A DNA stretch of 63,444 bases, counting the filler, from Platydemus manokwari (lineage: Eukaryota), in the NCBI GenBank assembly GCA_037951405.1. It is 6 parts of 6 records of this genome, joined end to end, with 100 filler letters (N's around TTAATTAATTAA, not from the genome) between each part and the next. Parts side by side here need not be neighbours in the genome. Positions count along the whole stretch, not along the records: positions 1 to 9,764 come from JBBMOY011208099.1; positions 9,865 to 19,680 come from JBBMOY011201099.1; 4 more parts are not named here. The stretch is one strand, 5' to 3'. The translations under genes were made by a program, and so were the position numbers. Shown one piece after another: positions 1-13,799 of the stretch. The notes under the pieces are model-generated. The model searched no databases. It was given only the letters and a program-made list of their open reading frames with translations, and was not told the DNA's origin. How positions within the stretch are numbered: position 1 is the first letter of the stretch; each line of letters starts with the position of its first letter.

Positions 1-1008
1 AGAAACAAGTGATACTTTGATAGACGCTTAATAATATTTATTAAAATATTATAATTATTATAATGATAATAATTGATAATTATTAACTTATAATTATATA
101 TGTTTATTAAGCTTCATTTTTTCGATTAAAGAATGTTGTTTATAATAAATCAATGAATGATGATTTTGGGAAACTTTAAGTTAATTTTCTGAAAATAATA
201 TTTATGCAAAAAAAATCATCAGCAGACACTGTGAGCATTTTAAATTGAATCGGATTTTTTATAAAATTTAGTTTTGTATAAAATTTAATTTGGTATAAAA
301 ATTTATTCGTATAAATAATTATCTTTAAATATAATTGGATGTCGTGAATTTTCAGTTCGTTTTCAATGAGTGATTTTTAAAAATAGTCGCGGCTTACAGG
401 CACGATGTGGAATGATTCAAGAACATCACCAAATCTCAGTATCGTGTTATGGAGAAAGTAAGCACAACCCAATAGGATTACAGAAGGAGAAATTTGGAGA
501 TAGTGGCTCAATAGTTTATGGATATATGGTGAACCTTAGCAAATCAGTGAACCTACAATACATAAATATGGTCACAATCAAGAAAGAGATAAAAGTGAAA
601 AATATGCAAAAGATAAAAGCATAACAATTCTGCTACCTTAAAATCTCAGACCTAAATCCACAATTGACACAAAAAGGATGCTAGCCTCGGAACTAGCAAC
701 TAATATCAGAGAAGAAACATTCAATAACATTTATGCAAAATGAATACAATAAATTAAGGAACTCAAAAATAAATAACGACTATCCAGGAAAAGATGACCA
801 TTACTGCAAGGTGCAATAAAGCCGAGTGTTGGCCTGAGAAACAAGATTTCGAAATCCACTATCGAAAGAAACAAAAAGAAGTTTTGCCATTTGAAAATTG
901 CACAAAACCATGAACACAGGCACGTATTTTAACAAAATACGTAAAGAAAGCCCTTACGTTCTACTTTAAGAAAATAAACCTAGAAGAGACACATAGCACA
1001 ACAAAAAA

Positions 1009-1265
1009 TAATAATATTAAGAATAATAATATTATTCATAATAATAATAACAATAATGTAGTAATAATAATAATATTAATATTAATAATAATAACAATAA
1101 TGTAATAATAATACTAATAATAATAGCAATAATGTAATATTATTAATAATAATAATAACAATAATAATAACATTAATAATAATAATAATAATAATACATA
1201 GTAAAAAGATAGGTAAAAAAATAATAATAAACATAATAAACATAATTATAAAGAACAATAAAATC
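1009..1265. repeat. Degenerate (AAT)n low-complexity tract
   Basis: Imperfect AAT/AAC trinucleotide run. It explains the spurious Ile/Leu-rich ORF at 1082-1267. Confidence 0.85.
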
Positions 1266-4200
1266 ATTAATTATTCACACGAAACGTGTGAAAAAATCAG
1301 CGAAAAATGATCGGCATGAAGAGCCGTACACGTGGGTGGATACGATCAGCGAATATAAATAACGGCGCTGATCGTAACACCAACGCACAAAATAATCAAC
1401 AGTCATCATCGACAAAATAGGCAATAGTCAACAGACAATAATCATTTACACAAATCAGCACCAACAATAATCGACGCAAGAATTACTGATCACAATTCGC
1501 ATCACGGACAATCACGAATAATATTAGTCACAACGAAAGGTAACGGATCCAAAATTGACAGCGAAAAACTGAAAGTGAAGTAATATCGACTTTTATATAG
1601 TCCGAAATTAACGTCAATTATTACCCTACCGCAGTTTGGAATTATCGAAACATACGATCGGATAGACGAGGAATTTCTACAGCGGAATTGCATTCGAAGC
1701 GAATTATCAACATTGTGATACTCAGTGTCCTGTTGGAACTTCACACGACAACAGTAAAATTTAAGTTCTTGTATAACGATTTGCATTTTACATTCATTCA
1801 CTTACTAATTAATTTTACTTTAATTTTGAATTCTACCATCGTAATTATAATTATCAGTGCATAAGCTATTAATATTTCTTCTCCGTATCATTATTAACCT
1901 CCATCCAATACCGGATTTCTCTTTAATCGCTGAGGCGAGGTACGAGGCATTGACTTGAATTTTTGTTGTTTATCTTTTATATTAATTAATTGTTAGTTTC
2001 ATTTTCCTAAATAAATATTTTAAAACTCAGGATTTGTTTTTGATTATTATTAACCAGTTCAGCAATTTGAAATTTCATATCATTTTTTCAGGCCCAGAGA
2101 CCCAACGCATTCTCTGTGCTCCAATCTAACATATTAAAATCATTTTCCGACATCTTGGTCTTCAATACCGGGTGTTGAAGCCCCTTAGGACCGGTGACTT
2201 TAGATTTAATCGCGTCAAATTATTAAACAACATTCAAAAATCAAACCACCCAAAACAATATCAACAATTTCATCCAATACAGAGAGAATTTCTCTAAGCA
2301 TTGAATATATTCTATCGTTAAAATAATAAATTCAATGGCATTAGACTTAATCGCAGAGAATATCTACGAGTGATCCACACTGGCTATTTAAGGCAGTAGT
2401 CACAATCAACACAACACAATTGCCCACAGTTTTCACATTTGCAAAGACGCTGTTATACGATCGGAAAAGACAAGTCATTTCAAATTTCGATTCGACGCAC
2501 AATAGAAGATTATATGGGGCAAAGGAACAGTATTCCTGTATATACCCGATATTTTACTGGAAGACCATAATAAGATCCATTCGTGTAAAATACTCATTTG
2601 TATTATATATTGTACCATTTTATTTCTATTATTGAGTTTGTTTCTCAAAGATCTTGAAGGTATTGGTTTTGCTCCAAGAGTATGTTGTAGTTTATAAACC
2701 GTCATCTTAATCCAAGAGTTTTAAAGTTCGTTATAAGTATAGTTTGGTGCATAGTGTAGTTTTAAAATTCATTTGTAATTTTTATGTTATTATTGTTAAC
2801 CAGTTTTGTATTGATGTTAATTGTTAATAATTATTTATAATAGCGAATTTTAGTTATCATTCATATAGGGATTGTAAAATTGTTATTCATATTTTCATTG
2901 GCATTAACGTAGATAATAGTTTAAAATAGGATTGTAGTTGTTATACACTTTGAGACTGATGGTTAAGTTAATTAGAATTTATCACAACGGCCACACCTAT
3001 TGTCTTCACACAATAAGACTGTGCGAGGTGAAGGAACACCAACATAAGGTAAATTACACGTGGCCTTAATCAAGAGCTCATAGAGACTGATATAATGATA
3101 TATAATGGTATCAAATAAGATTAAGCTTAGTTAAATAATAAAATCAATAAGGCCCGAATGTATCATAATATACACACCATGGTAAAACATTTATGTATTG
3201 CAATGAAAGTTATTTAATATCAAAATATTCTTCAGCATATTAACTTCTAGAATGAAAACAATGAAACGCAAGATAATACCTATATTTTAATTATTTACAA
3301 CAAGAGTACACTCAAGAATTAATTCAATATCGTTCCTCACGATTCGTCGTAATGTGTTCTACGCTAAAAGAAATGAGAACACTTTACCGATTTACTTCTT
3401 TAACTAAATTACTAATGCGTGATTAGTATAGTAAAGTTTGGAGCTATTAGTGTACCAATTACGTTTTTCTCGCTTATTTTTCTAGATAATGTTGATTCTT
3501 CGAGTTTGAACGTTATTAACTATTTCCGCACTTTAGGTTTTATTCACTTGTTTTCGCTTTAGATCTTTCTTCATTCATGTACAATCATTTATTAATTAAA
3601 AAACATTCCCCGTATTTTTTTTTGAATAAAATAAGTTTTTGAATAAAATTGTTTATTTTTTTATTTTATTTTCAATACGGAAATATGTTGTACATTTTTA
3701 CATGAAAATTATACGTCTATTTACTTCATTTAAAATATTCAAATATAACATACTGTGATTATTCCATTAAATCGTATTAAACTAAATCATACAACTATAA
3801 TTATTAAATCACATTAAATCTTCTCTTTTCATTATTGATTTTTAAAACATATATTTTAAATATTATAGATTTTATGTAAATATGAACGCTTTATCCTTAA
3901 TTTTATGCAATTAACTGCAATTCACGTGACCATCCGATATCAATGAATAATACGATTTTCCTGTAATATGCAGACAAATACGTGTGAAACGATTCTTTTA
4001 CAGCAGCTGTGGTAAGATTGTTCTTATTAAGACCGAGTTTTAAAAGAACTATACCATTAGTTTGGTCTCTAGAGCCAGCCTATTATTTTTTCCTAAAATT
4101 ACCTATTTGACTATTTTTAGCACTATTTTAAGTTCAATTTCTCTCAAATTGCGATTCAGAGTAATATGGGACCTTCATATCAAATAATTTTTCTTTTATT

Positions 4201-5279
4201 GTCACGAATAATAAGATCAGGAAGGAAAGTACTTTCAAATTCTACAGGTCTAACATCCATATCTACATTAAAACCAAAATTTCGAAGAAATTCACCGATA
4301 ATATCAAATAGGATATTGTGTTAGCGAGTTTCTGTATAAAGAGCTGCTGGAAAATTATCGAATATATGTGAAACATTTTTAAAATTTATTGAAAAAAATG
4401 GATAAATATTATTTAAAAAATCAACAAATTCTGAAGAATGTATAATATGTTATAAGGATACATTCATGATTATTTTTTGTACATGTGATAAGAATTGTAG
4501 AATATTAATATTATTGGGAAAATAATATGGAACATCTAGTGCTCTAATCAGATAGTGAGGCAACAGCAGCCACTCCAAAACCCAGGAGCAAATCACCTAA
4601 AGAACCCAGTAAACCTGTGTTTAAAAAACCAAGAACACTCCCCCAGACAACAAAGACCCGGTACACCGATTTTTATTAAACCCATAAAGCCAAACCCAAA
4701 ATGGGTAACTTGGGCCACCCAAAGTTGGAGTGTAAATTTGGATGCCTGATTTCGGCAAAAATTCGGAATAAAATCTGGAAACTTCTAGAATTCGAATCCA
4801 GACAATTCACAATAATGATCCAGACAATTCCCATTAATTATTTTTATAATAATATGTGATGATAACTGATGATAACTTGATCATTTAATAACTTAACACT
4901 TTTAACTGTGTGTATCTTTGATCTGTACAGAATTTTCATGATATGTAATTATTTTTTATATGTAAAAATAAATGATTTTAAAATTCGGAATAAAAAAATA
5001 CAATCAGATATATATATATGTTATTTTTAAATCAAGACAGAGAGTGAAAAAAAATTTAATATTTAATTTTTAAATGTAAATTATTTAATAATAAAAATTT
5101 TAAGGTCAGACAATTTAATGAAAATTTTAAGGTTTAGAACTTTTAAAGATATAAACATTAAGGGTCTAAGGTAAAATAATGGTTAAAAATTTACAATAGT
5201 GATGGAAAATCCTAGGTACAAGGTCCCGAATCTCAGCATCTAGATAAGCTAATGGATTTCCATCACAATTCACTCTCAA

Positions 5280-5623
5280 AAATCTCGATATAGGGATATT
5301 CTAGAGAATAAATGAATTGAACGCTAAGAGAATCTGAAAGTAAAGGATCAATAATTTTACATTGAAATTTTAATCTAAACAAGTAATAATCATACTCTAA
5401 AGGATCTCCCTTTGGAGCCATATATATCTGATAACATTTATATTAAAATTTAAGGTGCAAGTTTCGGGTTCTCACGGTATCTGTGAGATAACCTTACCTA
5501 TTTGTTTTATATAAATTTCTTTGTGTGAGCTAATCGTTTGAATTAAATTTTTCTGTGAATTTGTTTTTTGCGATAAATAAAGTTTTTAATAAGTTTGAGT
5601 GTTGTTTATTCATAATCTTTTAC
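5280..5623 (+). mobile_element. Probable solo LTR remnant
   Basis: TATA-like run near 5420, AATAAA near 5575, then a GT-rich tract ending ...TTTTACA (LTR-like CA end). The 5' boundary is uncertain. Confidence 0.3.
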
Positions 5624-7198
5624 ATTAAATAAAGCAAGGGAACTCGCGCTGTTGAGTTGGTACAACAACTTTTAACATCACATACAGCCCAACAATTTTT
5701 ATTAATTCAAAATGTTATGCCAATATATATTATTTAAACAAATACATATACATACATATATTACTTCCGTCCGTCTTCGAAAAAGCCTGTGTCTAGGTAA
5801 TTCATGTATCTTGCTGGTTTTTTATTCCTAATAGCTCTCGTTTTTCGCCCGTGTTTTATAATATCTCCTTTTTGAGTCATCATTTCTGTTAGTTCATACT
5901 TTCGATACTCGTGTTGGGAAAGGGCCACAAATACCCCAAGTACCTCAAATGACAAAGCTTTAAATGCCCCAAGTACATCAAATAACGACCAGAGGATAAT
6001 ACTGGATATGAATGGAGATAACCCCGAGAAAATCGGCCAGAGCGAACCAAAAGAGATAGTCAAAACAGATCAAAGAAGATTCAAGAATAGAAACATCAAG
6101 ATGTTGAGAGCTACACAAGCGTGTAGACATGGACGAGGATTATGACCTCGAGTAGCTATGAATATTTCCATTTTGTGATTCTAAATTTGTCTATAATCTT
6201 TGTCTGGTATTATTGTATTTCTCAAATCTTTCCTTGAATATAAATGTATATCGTATTTGATGTATAATGTATTTTGTCAACAATTACAATTGTAAAATAA
6301 TGGAAATTTTTAATAGAAATAAATGTAAAATAAAGAAAAAAGAAATCGGACAACAAAAATAATAAATAGCACACCTGAAATAATAATAATAACGGAAATA
6401 AAAATTAACTTATGTAAAATTTAGAATTTGTTTAAGTGAGCTAATAATATATAGAATTTCCAAAATTAATTCGATGGAATTTCTGTAAATGTCTAAAAGT
6501 CTAAAATAATAGAATTTATTAAACAAATTATTAAAATAGTTAGAATAAAAAAATTTGGAAAAAAAATAATTTTAAATTTCTAAAGCGAATTTTCCACTTC
6601 CAAAATAGTATAAATAGGCACCAAAAATCATAAATCTTCGTGCATAAAAAATCTCAACGATAAAAGATTAATTACGAAACAGAAAAACTGCCGACGACTG
6701 TCTTAATCTCCAGGATAAAATTAATAAGCTCAGGAAAGCTCGCAAGTGTCAATTAAAGGAAAATTAGCAATTTTGGATTCTACGACAGAACGGAATAAAT
6801 TCTAAAGTGCGAAGATTGAAAAAGCTAAAATAAATATCTTTCAAAATCACTATTTATAAGGTCGTTTCGTTAAATTCGAATCGGCCACTCCCAAACCATA
6901 ATTTGCGAGAGTTAAAATTCTGTTTGTTTGGAAATAAATAAATTGAATTTGAAATGGTTTATTAATTGGATAAATTAATTGTCTATAATTGTTAATTATA
7001 ATTTATAGAAAACTTTGTATTTGTGATAGTTTTCTATACCGGAGTATTCTTATAAAATTTTCTTCGTTTTTGATTCATTATTTAATAATCCTTTTGAATT
7101 CACACAATAAATGATTGATATCATAATCAATAATTGTCTTGTAATAAGTAGTTGTCGTATAATAGACTGATATTCGAGAGGGTTAATTTGAATTTAAA

Positions 7199-8400
7199 TC
7201 AGATTATCTGTACCGAACTCACTTGTGTTGGAAGTACTAACTCATAAGACCAAAACCCAACATTTGTATCATTGTCCCTACCTCCATCATCATTTGCGAT
7301 ATTATCTCTACTTCCGATTTTCTTTACTTGATTATAATTTCGTTGAATAGTTTTATTCAACTTCTGAATATAAAACTTATATGTCAATGCATTTAACTTC
7401 TCTGAAATCTTGAATGGGCCTACAAATCTTTTACCGAAAGGTTTGTAAAAAGGATTTTCAACCATTCCTATATCACCAATTGATAATTCATGGGAATATT
7501 TCCCTCCCTTATAGTATTCTGCTTGCTTCACAATCTGATTCTTATTATAATTCTGTACTTTTTAAAAAATTTTCTTATGGTGATTCACAAACTCTTCCAT
7601 AGTTTTCCGTATATATAGCCTCGTCTCATTAATAAATAACCGTGGTTTTCTACCGGAAAGAACTTCGAATGGCGAATACTTCACTGATTTGTGAGATGAC
7701 ATCCGTAATCCATATTCAACATGTGTTATTCCATCATCCCAGCATGAGTGATTCTTCAATGATGCCGTAATCATGCTTTTCATTGTCTTAAAAGTTCTCT
7801 CAATTAGACCATTTGACTGTGGATAATATAGGGCAGAAAATGATCTCTTTATTTTCATACTGACGCATAATTCCGATATTAATGTGGATTGAAAATTTGT
7901 TCCGTTGTCAGTGTGGATACATTCAGGAGCTCCAAATTTGCTTATCCACTCTTTCCATAATGAAATAAGCGATACATATTTGGAAAAATAATCTATCATA
8001 CCTAGTATAAACCGGTTTCCTTGTTTCGTTTCAGGACATGGTCCTGCAATATCGATACCAACAATTTAATACGGCTTATTTGTAATTATCGATTGCAATT
8101 TAGCTTAATTTCTTCCATCAATTTCGTGAATATCTTTTCTCCAGCTTGGCCAATAAAATTCGTTTTCAACAACTTTGGTTATTTTCTCTATCCCAACATG
8201 TCCTAATTTTATGGATCATTTGAACGCAGGTCTTAATATCACATTGAGGTACTATATACAGATAAATTTCATTTTTCCTATAGTATAATGCATCACCTCT
8301 AACTCCCAAGTATTCCTTCTTTTTCCAAATATTTTTGTAACGAGGAATTTTTGATAAATCCATGACACTCCTGCTGAGAATTGCATGTATCACCACTTTC
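7199..8400 (-). mobile_element. Gypsy/Ty3 LTR retrotransposon pol remnant (integrase), frameshifted
   Basis: Zinc-finger region GHVGIEKITKVVENEFYWPSWRKDI. rve core IVGIDIAGP...IDYFSKY...IHTDNGTNF...YYPQSNGLIERTFKT...SPFEVLSGR. C-terminal GPF motif FVGPFKISEKLNALTY. Broken across ORFs 8166-8396, 7562-7999 and 7199-7531. Confidence 0.93.
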
Positions 8401-8429
8401 GATTCTTCATCTGATATAAAATTTTTTTA

Positions 8430-9412
8430 AATGAAGGTACAGGAAGACCAAGAACGAGCACTGTAGAAGAGAATGTCATTATTGTGTGTATGATTGAAAA
8501 AGATTGCCACTTAATTTGTCCATCCATTTCAAGAGTCACTGACATTAAAGAAACGAGTATTCGCCACGTATTGAAACAAGAACTTGGAAGGATGTCACTT
8601 TTTGGCAGATGAATTCTTCACATTTTGACGGATAATAAGAAGAGAATCAGAGTCACTTGCTGTTAAAAAATGTTGAGTGTTTGTTCGGCAAAAAGGGCTA
8701 ATGAAAAGATCATTGTGATCAATGAAAAATGGATTTAACTTCGAGACGTACCGCCCAAAAGAATGCAACCGTGTTTAAGTGGATGACACAGGTAATCTTC
8801 CATCTATTGCTAGGCGGACAATATATAATCGCAAAGTTCTGATTATTATTTCCAGCAACTATGCAAAATCATTCACATATTTCGAAATTCTTCACTACGG
8901 CGGATTAATCAACGCTGAGAGACACCTACAATTGCTGCAAGAATATGATTTTAAACTTTAAAACAAGACTACCTGCTTGAGAAATGGTCATTCAACATGA
9001 CAATGTCAGATCTCACGCAGCACATATAATTCGACTTTGGCTTGAAGAACATCAAAATAGCCGGCCTTCCCACCCGAAATAAACCTCATTGATCGCTTTA
9101 TCTTAGGCAACTACAAGTGCTACCAAGGTGGAAAAAAGTTTAGTAATTCAGGAGAGCTGAGCAATAATTTTTACCAATATTTGGATTCAACATCGGTGAC
9201 CAAGCTCACAAGCGAGTTTCAATATTTTATACGTCATCTCCAGAGTGACATTGAATCTGGTGGTGACCATATTTAGGCTCAGTTATGGTTTGCTAACACT
9301 TTTAGGATAATTGCAAATACGATTTTTACACATAAATGTTTAAATATTGTTTTTTTAGAGTTTGATAAGATTTCATCAACGTAGAAGAACAAAATTTTTT
9401 TGCTGGCCCCTA
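8430..9412 (+). mobile_element. Degenerate mariner transposon (5'-truncated, right TIR present)
   Basis: Translation gives GRPRTS..., R*ILHILT (WVPHEL-like), IVINEKWI (TGDEKW-like) and QHDNVRSH (HDNARPH-like). Ends in caaaatttttttgctggcccc followed by TA. Confidence 0.88.
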
Positions 9413-9689
9413 TATTATCAATTTGATATATTTGTTAAAATTTAATAGATAGATTAAAAGATTATGCACATGCCATACTCCAAACCGTGTACATTGTAAA
9501 ATACTTGATTTTTATCAAGAAAATAACTCATAAAAATAATAGTATTTTGAGCACACTTTAATATTATTATGCAGTCCCTCTTTAAAGACAGAAATGAATG
9601 AATATAAAAGAACTGAAAACTGAAATTTTTACTCTATTCTTAGGTTTCTACAAATTGTGCATATGTACTTTGAGCTTGGAGGTTCTATA

Positions 9690-9690
<1 letters not shown>

Positions 9691-9747
<57 letters not shown>

Positions 9748-9764
9748 TATTATTATTATTATTA
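9691..9764. repeat. (ATT)n microsatellite at contig end
   Basis: Near-perfect ATT repeat running into the spacer. Confidence 0.95.
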
Positions 9765-9864
9765 NNNNNNNNNNNNNNNNNNNNNNNNNNNNNNNNNNNN
9801 NNNNNNNNTTAATTAATTAANNNNNNNNNNNNNNNNNNNNNNNNNNNNNNNNNNNNNNNNNNNN
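9765..9864. other. Artificial contig spacer 44N-TTAATTAATTAA-44N
   Basis: Same 100-nt structure occurs five times. The 12-mer places stop codons in all six frames. Confidence 0.97.
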
Positions 9865-11399
9865 CTATGTTATGTAACAATAGCCTAATAATTATTTTTA
9901 TTTATACAATTATCCAAACAACATTTGGTGTAACTAAAATTAGTTTAAAAATTTATTAATTATCCGAAAAATTTAATAACCGTATTAAAATAAGCACGAA
10001 TCAAAAAAATGTTTTCATTCTAAACTATAACAGTTACAATCAATAATACCAATAGCTAAACAAATATCAGCAAAAATAATTGTTAGAATAGTCTTATCAT
10101 TTAACGAGTGAACATTACCTATCTTGCATAGCTGTAAAACAAATTTCGTACATTAAAGGTAGATTTTGTTGAGTTTCGGTATTTATTTCTTACTAAGTTA
10201 AAATTCTAATAAATATAAGTAATCATGTCAATGTTTTACTTTGAGTAAAGAAATCCGAAATTCCTAGGATGAATCCGAACTCAATTATATTTAAGATTAG
10301 TAAATGTAAATTGTAATTATTTATATTACAAATCACTCTCAATCTATGAGTGTTACATTACTTAGTGTGTTTAGCTGCAGTTGCCTCTTTTTTAGTAACT
10401 TTTATATTCAGTTCTAAATTTAGTAGCAAGTGAAATCAACCACTCGGGGCATAAAATGATAGCACACCAAGTTTCACACAAATCTTGAAAGACAAGAAAT
10501 TGTATTTCGAAAAATCTTCACAATATTATTTAGATATTTATTCGAACGAATTTTATAATAATTTCCTCACCTGTTTGCAGTGTGAATTTTATTTATTATT
10601 CAAGTCAATTATATGAAGATATTTTATGCTAATGAATAAATATTTTATCGTTGTTATAATTATGTACAAATATAGTCTGTCAATTTCACGAACTCAACAC
10701 TATCAAAGTCTACAAGGCTTCAAAAAAAGTTTCATCCTAAGTCCATCTGGAAAGTCAACATGGACGAATGAAATAAATCTGACATAAATCGATTATTGAG
10801 ACATTATTGATTTTCTTAATTTGAGCATCAATTGTGTGATTATTTACTATTTTGTAAATATGTCGATTTTATTTTGAAAAACTTATGTGTAAATTTTATT
10901 CTGAAAAATTCTCCAAAACAAATATTGTGCATAAATCTTGAAAATATTCTGTAGTTTAAAAGTGCCAATTTTTTTCTTTTTATCATCATTATTATTCTAT
11001 AAAGGACTATGGTCGAATAAAAAATTTTGTTTGAATGTTAGGTACTGAAGACAACTTCAATAATAATATTGAATCATGATGATAATCACATAAAAATACA
11101 ATTTCGACACGTTGAAAAGCTTGTTTTGAAGTTTTACACGTATACACTCCAACGCAACCGTACAGGCCATATGGGATCATAGTTACCAGTCAGTTAAAGA
11201 CAACATACATTAAAGTTTCAAATTCGAAAACTGATATATCTGCATAACCGCACATATATGGATGGACGAATCCTGATCACAAAATCGATAGATTCAGGTG
11301 ATATTTGAGATATAAAATATTAACTTAAAATGTAACACAAGGACAAAAAACTAAAATTTATTCAGTATAAACATAACATTCTTTAAGATGCGGTGGCAC

Positions 11400-12835
11400 A
11401 TGTCCTCACATCAATTTACAGTATGTACATTTTCGGTTATTCCGATTAGTATTCTTGCTCAGATTCTTTAGATTAAAATTGGTCGTTTTTCTATATCAAT
11501 AGTTAAACTATCAGATTTCGGTTGTTGCAGATATCTAGTTGTATGCTCTTGACCAAGATGAGGGTTTCAGTTTCCGTTAGTACGTATGGGCCTTGTATGT
11601 CATGAAGGCATCTTTAAGTAGAGTGCTGATGAGGAACCCTGAGATGAAGGTGATTTGTGGCTTGTCTAGACCGATGTTGGCAAGCACTTTGTTGTTTTTC
11701 GGGTCCCAAGATCCAAGTACTCCAATACGCAGTAAATCCAGTGATGTTTCATATCTGGTTTTTGTTCTAATTTCAACCGCTATTGTTTGTTATTTTTCAA
11801 AGTTCGGAAACCGATAGTAGGTTGTTTCTGGTCTGATATGTAAAAATCCAGACTTCTGGTGACAAGTGGAAGTTTTTCAGAAGCTTTTGCGAGAGATGAA
11901 TGGCCGAGAAACAGTGAGCCAATCTTCCTTGTTTTTTCATGGTACCCCACTTGTAATAGGAATGCATTGATTCCGAGTCGTGTAGAATGTCTGAGAGTTT
12001 ACCACGATTGCCGAAGTTGAAATGGTAAGTCTTGTCGTTGTCCACCGTAAGTTTCAGAAGAATTTTAGTGTGGTGGTTGTAGAATTCCATATCGATTTGG
12101 CTCTTCCTAAGTTTTCTGACTGTAAAGCGAGTTTTGGTTCACCATGTAGCTGCTGCTGATGGTTTTTCAGTTGGTCAGAGATCCAGAGAAGTGCTGTGCG
12201 AGATCATTTGATTCAGTCATTTGGTGCTTTACAATGTTGATTATGTGGTTTGACATGAATGTTCTAAATTCTTGGTCCGGGCTTGTGAGATAGCGGAAGA
12301 CACCGACGATGTTCTGCATGTAATATTCCATGAGGGATGTAGTGAGTCCGATCACGCCAAGTTTGGTAGGTGTATAGAAGAAGTTGTTGCTGGAGTTTGA
12401 TCCGTCTATTTTTAGTATTTTGCGAGATATTCGAAGCATTTTTTTGTCAAACGATTTTACTGATTCATTATTTTGGTTTGAGATCAGTTTACTTGAATCA
12501 AGTTTGATAGTTTCTACTCGTTGGATTCGGATGTGAAAAGGTAATCTCGAGTGCAGAAAAATATTGTAAGCCTGGAATTTTTGTGAAGGATGCAGTCTGG
12601 AGTCTGCGATCGCTTCAAAATCTATGATGATTGATTCCAGGATGTGATCGACCGGTGATCACTTGGGTAGACAGAAGGACACCTTTAGATATTTCTAGAG
12701 ATTGCCAGTATCCACGATTGGCACCGATTCTTCGAATATTGTTAGGTCGATTCGGTTCTTATTATTTTTGCAGAAGTAGCCACATTTGGAGGTTTTGATC
12801 TTGAATAGTATATTGTTAAAGATTGACTGGTATTT
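11400..12835 (-). mobile_element. 5'-truncated, internally deleted RLE-type (NeSL/R4-like) non-LTR retrotransposon
   Basis: Late RT region KIKTSKCGYF...KYLKV, thumb FFYTPTKLGVIGL, then KQGRLAHC and WIFTYQTRNNLL. RLE C-terminus IGVLGSWDPKNNKVLANIGL...AFMTYKAHTY* (stop 11577-11579). The CCHC and PD-D segment is missing near 11790. Confidence 0.88.
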
Positions 12836-13799
12836 GTATAATAGTAATAAATTCAAATTGTAAATGCACAATTTGTAAAAAGATATTGATTAATGGCGTA
12901 ATATCAGAAGGATTTTTTAACGCTAATAATTTCCAAAAAAATGGTTACCCTAAATCTCCAAATTATCTGGACTCCAAACAGATAAGAGGTTGTTGTTGCT
13001 AGACACTCGGGTAATTATAATAAAAATATTATTTAAAATATAAATGATAATATGCTAAAATTCAATAAACAGCATTAAAATAAGACCAAATAAAATATTT
13101 TGAAAATCAAAATGAATCTAAACACAATAGTTTGAATAACTCAAGGCGGTGATCGCTATTTTCGGAGGAAGGAGTTGTGTGTCAAGAAAACAGTAAAGGG
13201 CTTAGTTGCTCGGTTAAGCCTCTCGTGACAAAATTTAAGTGGGGAACTTTTTAAGTGAGAACCTATGTGATTTTAAGCGGCCGTGGGTCGAGAAAAAATA
13301 AAAAATTTACTTGTTGATTGCATCATAAAATATCTTCAGAAGAATTGGCATACAATAATTGTTTGCTTGTAAAAATTAGCTTCGTGTAAAAATGAACTTC
13401 TTGTAGAAATAACTGTATATCGTATATGTTGATAGTCGAAATTGTTCGAGTGCTGACTGTTTGCGCCAGTATATATACTGTTTGATGTCTTATTGTGAAT
13501 CATACATCTTGTTGCCAATTTGGGTAACATTCTATGCTTGGTAGTATATGTTGCTAATTTTAGCAAATGTAAAGCATAGGTTACTATTTTTAGCCTATGT
13601 GTCTATTTATGGCAACACGTGTGGTTAGTCTAGTTTAACGCGCACCGTTGTATCTATTTTTAGATTTGAATGTGATTTTACTCAATGACCTTAATGTCGA
13701 TCAATTTTGGTGCAGTAAAACAAATTTAGAAATGTTATGAATTATTTTCTTAAATTGGAAAATTTTTTTAATATTAATTTATTCTTATTTTTTAGTTAG

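Noticed and set aside
1319-1350. Group II intron domain V (gagccgta...)
   Set aside because: Only the first 8 nt resemble it. There is no GNRA-capped 34-nt hairpin.
9598-9816. ORFs with poly-Ile/Asn/X (also 1082-1267 and 40733-40930)
   Set aside because: Artefacts of microsatellites and N spacers.
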